Shown here piece after piece: positions 57,414 to 64,000 of a stretch of DNA of 64,000 nt (its first letter is position 1; the number at the start of each line of letters is the position of its first letter). Position numbers and translations under genes: made by a program. The notes under the pieces were generated by a model. It was given only the letters and a program-made list of their open reading frames with translations. It was not told the DNA's origin and ran no database searches. Origin of the DNA: a bacterium (GTDB lineage Bacteria > UBA8248); the NCBI GenBank assembly GCA_965221165.1, contig CBDCRP010000003.1:1696001-1760000 (forward strand), written 5' to 3'.

Positions 57414-58360
57414 CCCATTCGCTCCTCTTCGACGATGGAACGCTCACGGACGAGCAGATAAATGCCGTAGAAGATGAGTCCCCCGAACATGAAGAGCAGC
57501 AGCACCGAGGCGGCCGCGCCGAAGCTGTACTTGTTGAACTGCCACACCTGGCGCCAGAGGAAGAACGCGATGGTTTCAGTCGAAGTGCCCGGCCCGCCGA
57601 AGGTGAGCAGCACGGACAGATCGAAGAGTTTGAGCGCCTCCATCGATCGAATGATGACGGCGATCATGATCGCGGGCTTTAACAGCGGGAGGTGGACTTT
57701 CCAGAATATCTGCCACCTGCTCGCTCCCAGAACGCGCGCGGCGTTGGTGAGTTGCTGTGGAAGCGCGGCGAAGCCAGAGAGAAAAATCAGGAACGTCAAT
57801 GATGTCCACTGCCATACGTCGGCGAGGATGATCGCCCACTGCGCGGCGATGGGGTGAGAGAGCCAGCGGATGCGCGGGTTCACGCCCATGGCTTCGGTGA
57901 TCGGAGCCAAAAGCTGGTTGAGGGGCCCTGAGTCGATGTAGATCATCGAAAAGTTGTAGCCCCCCACGACCGGAACCACCATCATGGGAATCAGGAAAAT
58001 GGTGATGTAAATCCGCCTCCCCCGGAACTGTCTGTAGGCCAGCATGGCGAGAAGAAAACCGAAGAGCAACTCGAGGGTGACCGCCGTTCCCGCGAAATAA
58101 AAGGTTCGCCCGAGGGCCCACCAGAAATCTTCGGTGGTGAGGACGCGGACATAATTCAATAAGCCGTGAAAATAAGCCTGCTCAAACGGACGGTTGGCGC
58201 GCCATTTGAGGAGGCTGATGTAGATGGTGAGTATAAAAGGAACAGCGAGAAGCAGGAGGAAGGTCGCCTCCACCATGATAAACGGAATCAGGCGGAACAC
58301 CTTCTCCTGCGAGAGCCAGGCGGAGAGACTTTTTCGCTGCTTTATCGACGCTTGGGCCAT
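57410..58360 (-). CDS. Carbohydrate ABC transporter permease (MalF-like)
   Basis: GLLNY, IPMMVVPVV, DVWQWT, AARVLGA, GGPG. Confidence 0.93.
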   Translation of the reverse strand: MAQASIKQRKSLSAWLSQEKVFRLIPFIMVEATFLLLLAVPFILTIYISLLKWRANRPFEQAYFHGLLNYVRVLTTEDFWWALGRTFYFAGTAVTLELLFGFLLAMLAYRQFRGRRIYITIFLIPMMVVPVVGGYNFSMIYIDSGPLNQLLAPITEAMGVNPRIRWLSHPIAAQWAIILADVWQWTSLTFLIFLSGFAALPQQLTNAARVLGASRWQIFWKVHLPLLKPAIMIAVIIRSMEALKLFDLSVLLTFGGPGTSTETIAFFLWRQVWQFNKYSFGAAASVLLLFMFGGLIFYGIYLLVRERSIVEEERMG

Positions 58361-58394
58361 TTTTCCGTCTTTATCTCAACGTGTATCGCGCAAG

Positions 58395-58430
58395 GCGCCT
58401 GCCCCGGCTTGGTGCGCCGGAGCAGGCGCT
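58395..58430. terminator. Intra-operon hairpin after the SBP gene (mRNA stabiliser/attenuator)
   Basis: GCGCCTGCCCCGGC...GCCGGAGCAGGCGC. Confidence 0.5.
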
Positions 58431-58444
58431 CTTGAGCGCGGTGC

Positions 58445-59923
58445 TTAATTCGTCGGTGCGAACTTGTCGATATAGGCGCCGCTGGCGACGCTCGCTCTCC
58501 AAGCCGCGATCTGCTCTTTCCTGCCGATGTCGTCGGTTATCCGGTTCCAGCCTTTCTCGATGTTTTTCGCCGCCTGTGCAGCGGAGATGTTGCCCTGCAT
58601 GACCTGGGCCAAGTTCTTGTCGAGCACGTTGAAGTACTCGTAGTTACCCTCGATCATGAGAAGGGAAATGGCGTTTTTCGCATTTTTCAGCGTCATCTTG
58701 ACGAAAGGTTCGGTGTGCTTGGCGAGCACGGCCTTGTTCGTCAGGTTCGAGGCGCGCATCGGGTCCCAGAAGCCCGCGGGATCGGCGATGGCTATGTCGC
58801 CTTGGGTCGGGCCCGTGAACCACTGGATGAAGTAGTAGGCGAGCTCGGGGTGCTTGCTGTGCGCGTTCACCATGTAGCCGGTGCCGGCCGCCTGGGGAGC
58901 GCGACGAACCATCTTGCCGCTCGCTCCTTTCACGGCGGGAGCCGGGCAGGCGAGCTGATGGCCGCTGATCTTGCTCTTCGGGCTGCGGTTGGCGTAGCCC
59001 ATCGCCGAGGGGAAGGACATGAAGGAGAAGGCCCGTCCACTACCCCAGTGAGGATACAACTGCGGCGTTCCCCAACCCTGCACGTCGGGAGGCATGTACT
59101 TGACGAGGGAGGAGAATTCCTTGATGGCCCGGATGCCGTTCGGGCTGTTGACGGTGGGGTTCATGTTCTTGTCGAAGAGCAGTCCGCCCAGATATGCCGG
59201 GAAATGCCGGTAGGAGAAGTTGATGCTCCGGTAGGCCTGGGCGCCGTAGAGCGGCTGGTCGAACTTTTTGCCCCAGCGGGTCTGGCCCTTTTTCGTGTGG
59301 AAGAATTTGGCCATCTGTTCCCACTCGGCCATCGTGTCGGGACACCCGGGCGCCTTGCCGAACTTGGCCTTGTATTCGGCCGCGCCCAGCTTCATGATGT
59401 CCGAGCGCAGGAACAAGGCGAGGTGGTCGCCGTCGAGAATGAACCAGTAGGTTTTCTCCTTGTATTTCTGCTGCGCCAGCAGGCCGGAGTCGATGCCCGT
59501 AAAATCGGGTTTCCCCTTGGCCATGTAGGCGTCGAGCGGCTGAAGAGTGCCCGCGCCCACCGCGTCGGGGATGACGTAGGGGAAGTGGTTGATGACGTCG
59601 TAGTTCCCCGTCTTCGCCACGGCTTCCGCCATGATTTTGGCCGGGATGTCGGTGTAGCCGTACTGGATGGTCTTGATCTTGACGCCGGTGAGCTTCTCCC
59701 ATTCCCTGAGATATTTCGGTTGGGAGTTTTTGAAGAGCGAAATCAGAAGCATGGTCTGGGTCGGATTCTTCAGATTATGCTTCTTGACGTACGCTTTCGC
59801 TCCGTTGATGGCGCGCTCCTCGACCGTCTTTCCGGGGTGCACCATCATGGCGGCGATAGCCGTTGAGGCCACGAATGCCGTGAAGCCGATCAGAATCAGT
59901 GTTGCGAGAATGATTCTCTTCAT
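58445..59923 (-). CDS. Carbohydrate ABC transporter substrate-binding protein
   Basis: Signal peptide, WEKLTGVKI, DGD, NAHSKHPELAY; operon context; start set to ATG 59923. Confidence 0.88.
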   Translation of the reverse strand: MKRIILATLILIGFTAFVASTAIAAMMVHPGKTVEERAINGAKAYVKKHNLKNPTQTMLLISLFKNSQPKYLREWEKLTGVKIKTIQYGYTDIPAKIMAEAVAKTGNYDVINHFPYVIPDAVGAGTLQPLDAYMAKGKPDFTGIDSGLLAQQKYKEKTYWFILDGDHLALFLRSDIMKLGAAEYKAKFGKAPGCPDTMAEWEQMAKFFHTKKGQTRWGKKFDQPLYGAQAYRSINFSYRHFPAYLGGLLFDKNMNPTVNSPNGIRAIKEFSSLVKYMPPDVQGWGTPQLYPHWGSGRAFSFMSFPSAMGYANRSPKSKISGHQLACPAPAVKGASGKMVRRAPQAAGTGYMVNAHSKHPELAYYFIQWFTGPTQGDIAIADPAGFWDPMRASNLTNKAVLAKHTEPFVKMTLKNAKNAISLLMIEGNYEYFNVLDKNLAQVMQGNISAAQAAKNIEKGWNRITDDIGRKEQIAAWRASVASGAYIDKFAPTN

Positions 59924-60090
59924 CTTGATTCCTCCTCCCTCCGTGTTTGGAAAGGCGATGACTTGCTTCCGAATCGCCGAGATCGAACACAAAAATTCGT
60001 GTAACAAGTTGTTTCCAGCTACGTTGCAACTTCCATGCTACGCTGAATTTTCCAAACCTTCGCTTTTTTCGTACTTTCCGGCGCGGGCTT

Positions 60091-61182
60091 TTACTCCAGC
60101 CGCGCCCCACTTTCCGCATCGAAAAAGTGTATCGCGCTCGATTGAAAACCAAAGCGGATTTGATCGCCGGGGCTGAACTCGCGCTCGGCGTCGACTTTGG
60201 CCACGAGAAACTCCTCATCCCCGCAGGAGAAGAAAACGAGCGTTTCGTCTCCCATCGGTTCGATGAGCCGCACCTCGCCGGGCGCTCCCTCATCCCCGAT
60301 GGTTACGTTCTCGGAGCGCACGCCGATATTGAGTGTTTTGTTTCCGGCGGATGCGGGCACGACATCCGGCGCGAGGTTCATCTCGAAATGCTCGGACAGG
60401 AACCTGGAAGAGCCGTTGTTTTCAATATGCCCCGAGATGACGTTCATCGTCGGTTGACCGAAGAACGTGGCGACGAACTGATTCTTGGGTTTCCTGTATA
60501 TTCCGAGAGGGGTATCGATCTGCTGCACATAGCCGCTTTCCATGACCATGATGCGGTCCGCCATCGTCATGGCTTCGGCCTGATCGTGGGTGACGTAGAC
60601 GAAGGTGGATTTCAAATTCTCGTGGAGGCGCTTGAGTTCGGTGCGCATCTCGATGCGCAGCTTGGCGTCCAGGCTGGAGAGCGGCTCGTCCATGAGCAGG
60701 ACTTGCGGCTGGGTCACGATCGTTCGCGCCAGGGCGACCCGCTGCGCCTCGCCGCCTGAGCACTGGGCTGGTTTTTTGGAAAGAATGTAGGAGATCTTCA
60801 TGGTTTGGGCGACTTTCGAAACCCGCTCCTTCACCTCCGCGTCAGGCCTCTTGTCCACCCGCAAACCGAAGGCGATGTTTTCAAAGACGCTCATGTGGGG
60901 AAACAGGGCGAGGTCCTGGAACACCATCCCAAGACCCCGGTCTCCCGGTTCGAGGTGATTCACCACGCGATCGCCTATCAGCATCGTGCCGCTCGTGGGT
61001 TCCTCGAATCCGGAAATCATGTTGAGCGTGGTGGTTTTTCCGCAGCCCGAAGGCCCGACCACCACCATGAACTCGCCGTCAATCACCTCGAGGTCGACAC
61101 CCGCGACCGCGGTGACGGTTTCACCAAATTTTTTGACAAGGTTTTTGAGCGTGATGGACGCCACCGCAATTTTCCCCTTCAA
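60091..61182 (-). CDS. Carbohydrate ABC transporter ATP-binding protein (MalK-like)
   Basis: GPSGCGKTT, SGGEAQRVALAR, MDEPLSSLD, YVTHDQ, TOBE tail. Confidence 0.95.
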   Translation of the reverse strand: MKGKIAVASITLKNLVKKFGETVTAVAGVDLEVIDGEFMVVVGPSGCGKTTTLNMISGFEEPTSGTMLIGDRVVNHLEPGDRGLGMVFQDLALFPHMSVFENIAFGLRVDKRPDAEVKERVSKVAQTMKISYILSKKPAQCSGGEAQRVALARTIVTQPQVLLMDEPLSSLDAKLRIEMRTELKRLHENLKSTFVYVTHDQAEAMTMADRIMVMESGYVQQIDTPLGIYRKPKNQFVATFFGQPTMNVISGHIENNGSSRFLSEHFEMNLAPDVVPASAGNKTLNIGVRSENVTIGDEGAPGEVRLIEPMGDETLVFFSCGDEEFLVAKVDAEREFSPGDQIRFGFQSSAIHFFDAESGARLE

Positions 61183-61585
61183 ATTCGATGATCAACGAAC
61201 ATCGTCCCGAGCGTAATGGACGATGCGGTAGAAAGATTTTGCTCTGATAGTGGAATTATGCGCGGATTTATCTTTTTTTTCAACCACTTCTTTTAGCGCC
61301 TCGACCCCGACGCCTTGAGCCCGCGTGATGCGGGGGCGATTTTGGGCTTCAAATTTCTCTGATTTGTTTGGCCGAGAGATATGCAGGCATTCGGCCCCCA
61401 AGCGGTTCTGCTTTCGTTTCTCATTTGAGCGCTCGATAAAATTGCGCAGGCGCGAGAAGGCGTCGACACGAGGGAGCGTAGCGATTCGTTATTTTCCTCG
61501 TGTTGAATTTATTTGCATAATTGATTACTAGAACAAGGTTCCATACAAACCGGGTTGATGCCTTGATTGGTGGTGGGGGATAAAG

Positions 61586-62278
61586 TTGGCTCAAAAAATT
61601 CTCGTCATAGAAGACGAGTCCGATATTCGCGAACTTCTGACCTACAACCTCGACCTGGAAGGGTTCGAGGTGGTGGGCGTGGCCAACGGCGAGGATGCCT
61701 TGAAGGCGCTCAAGACCGAATCGGTTCAGTTGGTCGTTCTCGATCTGATGCTTCCCGATATTTCGGGTCTTGAGATTTGCCGCTACATCCGGCGCGATTC
61801 CGCCCTGAGCCGGCTTCCCGTCATCATGCTGACCGCCAAGGGCGAAGAGGTGGACCGGATCGTCGGCTTCGAGTTGGGCGCGGACGATTACGTGACCAAG
61901 CCCTTCAACATCCGGGAAATGATCCTGCGGGTGAAAGCGGTGCTCGCGCGATCGAAGATGACGCCGGTTGCGGGCAAAGCGCTCAAGCGCGGCGCGCTCA
62001 CCATCGATCCCGAGCAATACGAAGCGACGGTGGATGGGCGCCAGCTCTCCTTGACGGCGACGGAATTCCGCCTTTTGCATCATCTGGCGGCTCACCCGGG
62101 GCACGCCCGGAATCGTGACGAGTTGCTCGACATCATCTGGGGAGAAGACAAATTCGTCACTCCGCGCACCGTGGACACGTATATCCGCCGCCTCCGGGAG
62201 AAGCTCGGCCCGGCGGGGGACATGATCCAGACGCTTCGGGGCGTAGGCTACCGGTTCCGGAAAATGTCCGAAGAGTAA
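61586..62278 (+). CDS. phoB: OmpR/PhoB-family response regulator (PhoB-like)
   Basis: IEDE, LDLMLP, IMLTAK, GADDYVTKPF, RTVD, TLRGVGY; upstream of a PhoR-like kinase. Confidence 0.8.
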   Translation: MAQKILVIEDESDIRELLTYNLDLEGFEVVGVANGEDALKALKTESVQLVVLDLMLPDISGLEICRYIRRDSALSRLPVIMLTAKGEEVDRIVGFELGADDYVTKPFNIREMILRVKAVLARSKMTPVAGKALKRGALTIDPEQYEATVDGRQLSLTATEFRLLHHLAAHPGHARNRDELLDIIWGEDKFVTPRTVDTYIRRLREKLGPAGDMIQTLRGVGYRFRKMSEE

Positions 62279-62308
62279 GCCTACCTGGCGCTTGGGGGAA
62301 ACCCGAAT

Positions 62309-64000
62309 ATGCGCAAGTCGTTCTACAAGAAGCTGATGGCGAGCTATCTGGTAGTCATCACCGTGGTGTTCGCGGCGGGGATGATCTATCTCCATTTCGG
62401 CCTCTCCGCCCAGTTGATGGAGCAGGCGAAAGAGAATCTCGCGCGCAATGCGCGCCTCGCCCGCCGCCAGTTGGTTTCATCGACTTCCCGGAACCCGCAG
62501 AGTTACCGGATGGATGAACTCGTCGATGAAATCGGCCGCGCGCTTGGAGTGCGGGTGACCGTCGTATCTCCCTCGGGGCGGTTGCTTGCGGATTCCGACC
62601 TCGCGCTCGATTCATCGAAGAAAGTCCAAAGTCGCGCCGACCGGCCCGAAGTCATCGCGGCGAGGAAGAAGGGAATGGGTTCGAGCGTCCGGCGCAGTCC
62701 GATGGGCGAGGGGGATTTGCTCTATCTGGCTCTTCCGATAGGCGCGGGCCCGGTTTCCGGCGGCGTGATTCGGCTGGCGATGAGCCTTCGGGAAATCGAG
62801 GAGACGATAGGCAAGATGCGGGGTCTTCTCCTCCTGGCCGGCGTTTTCGCGTTCTTGCTCGCCGTCGCGGTCAGCTTCGGGGCGGGGGTGATCGTGCGTC
62901 GGGGGTTTGACGAGGTCTACAATGCCGTGGAGAAGATTTCCCGCGGCGACTTCAGCTACCGCATCGCTTCCAGGCGCCGGGATGAGTTGGGCGAACTCGC
63001 CCGAACCATGGACAGGCTCGCCTCGGAAGTGGAGGCCCATCTCGATGAACTGCGTGACGAGCGCGACCGGCTGGAGGCGATTCTCGAAGGAATGACCGAG
63101 GGCGTCATGGTCACGAACGCCTCGGGCGACATCCTTCTCGTGAATTCCGCGATCAGGGATTTCTTTCCCTCGCTCCCGGGTTTCGAGGACGGCGCGCCGA
63201 TCCCCCTGGAGGCCGTGCGCTCCACCGAGGTGCAGGAAGCGGTGCGGGATATGCTCTCGCGCTCCGCCACCCGGATGGAGCGTGAGGTCGAAGTGCTGCC
63301 CGCCCGCACGTTGACCCTGCACGCCAAGCGGGCGAGGGCGGAAAAGGAATCGAACCTCGTTCTGGTGTTTCACGACATCACCGAGGTCAAACGGCTCGCG
63401 GGAATTCGGCGGGAGTTCACCGCCAACGTCTCCCATGAGTTGCGCACGCCCTTGACGGCGATACAGTGGGCGTCCCAGACGCTCGAAGCGACGGCGCACT
63501 CCGACCCCGAGGCGACGCGCCGGTTCGCCTCGACCATCAATCGGCACGCCCGGCGGCTCTCGGCCCTGGTGGAGGACCTGCTCGAGTTGGGCAGGATAGA
63601 ATCCAAGGAAGAACACGTCCGGCCCGAGGAAGTTTCCATACGAAGCGCGATGGACTCGGTCGCGCATACGCTGGCTCCCGCCGTCGAGAAAAGAGGCATT
63701 CGCCTGGTTATGGAAGTTCCCGAGGAGGCCGACCGTGTCTGGGCGGACCCGGCGGCCCTGGAGAGGATTCTGATCAATTTGGCCGAAAACGGGGTGAACT
63801 ACAGTTCGGAGGGAAGCCGAATCAGCGTTTCGGTAGAGTTGCGCGGAGATGGTTTCGTCGAGGTTGCCGTGGCCGATCAGGGAGAGGGAATTCCCCCCGA
63901 GCATCTTTCCCGCATATTCGAGCGGTTCTACCGGGTGGATTCGGCTCGCTCCCGGGAGAATGGGGGCACGGGCTTGGGGCTCTCCATCGTGAAGCATCTC
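62309..64000 (+). CDS. phoR: PhoR-like sensor histidine kinase (runs off the window end)
   Basis: ATG 62309, two TMs, RPEV sensor motif, HAMP, PAS, EFTANVSHELRTPL, DQGEGI, RIFERFYRVD, GTGLGL. Confidence 0.85.
   Translation, partial: MRKSFYKKLMASYLVVITVVFAAGMIYLHFGLSAQLMEQAKENLARNARLARRQLVSSTSRNPQSYRMDELVDEIGRALGVRVTVVSPSGRLLADSDLALDSSKKVQSRADRPEVIAARKKGMGSSVRRSPMGEGDLLYLALPIGAGPVSGGVIRLAMSLREIEETIGKMRGLLLLAGVFAFLLAVAVSFGAGVIVRRGFDEVYNAVEKISRGDFSYRIASRRRDELGELARTMDRLASEVEAHLDELRDERDRLEAILEGMTEGVMVTNASGDILLVNSAIRDFFPSLPGFEDGAPIPLEAVRSTEVQEAVRDMLSRSATRMEREVEVLPARTLTLHAKRARAEKESNLVLVFHDITEVKRLAGIRREFTANVSHELRTPLTAIQWASQTLEATAHSDPEATRRFASTINRHARRLSALVEDLLELGRIESKEEHVRPEEVSIRSAMDSVAHTLAPAVEKRGIRLVMEVPEEADRVWADPAALERILINLAENGVNYSSEGSRISVSVELRGDGFVEVAVADQGEGIPPEHLSRIFERFYRVDSARSRENGGTGLGLSIVKHL

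Overview
GC-rich bacterial chromosomal window. The gene mix (two tripartite tricarboxylate transporters, many hydrolases, REP clusters, selenoproteins) suggests an uncultured heterotroph, but taxonomy cannot be fixed from sequence alone. The left end is core genome: a cyclophilin tail, recR-ybaB-dnaX and SRP RNA. About 45 kb of accessory DNA follows, up to a tRNA-Ser(GGA). It contains an MBL/ODP-like gene pair, two adjacent genes split by in-frame UGA at their catalytic Cys (OsmC-like and DUF442/rhodanese-phosphatase-like; predicted selenoproteins), a type I RM system with fused HsdM-HsdS, fhs, several AT-richer defence-like inserts (mini GIY-YIG plus membrane protein, PD-(D/E)xK nuclease, ABC-ATPase plus TOPRIM pair, DUF2130), a third UGA gene (AhpD/CMD with CxxU), catabolic clusters, pfkA and RTX mini-genes. 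Right of the tRNA lie a candidate structured ncRNA with a 16-nt match to the 16S anti-SD tail, YtoQ, an ADH, an amidohydrolase, pyc bracketed by a ~310-bp direct repeat, a sugar ABC operon and phoB-phoR (truncated). The most notable signals are the tandem selenoprotein operon, the super-SD RNA, the repeat-bracketed pyc and a dispersed covarying hairpin family.
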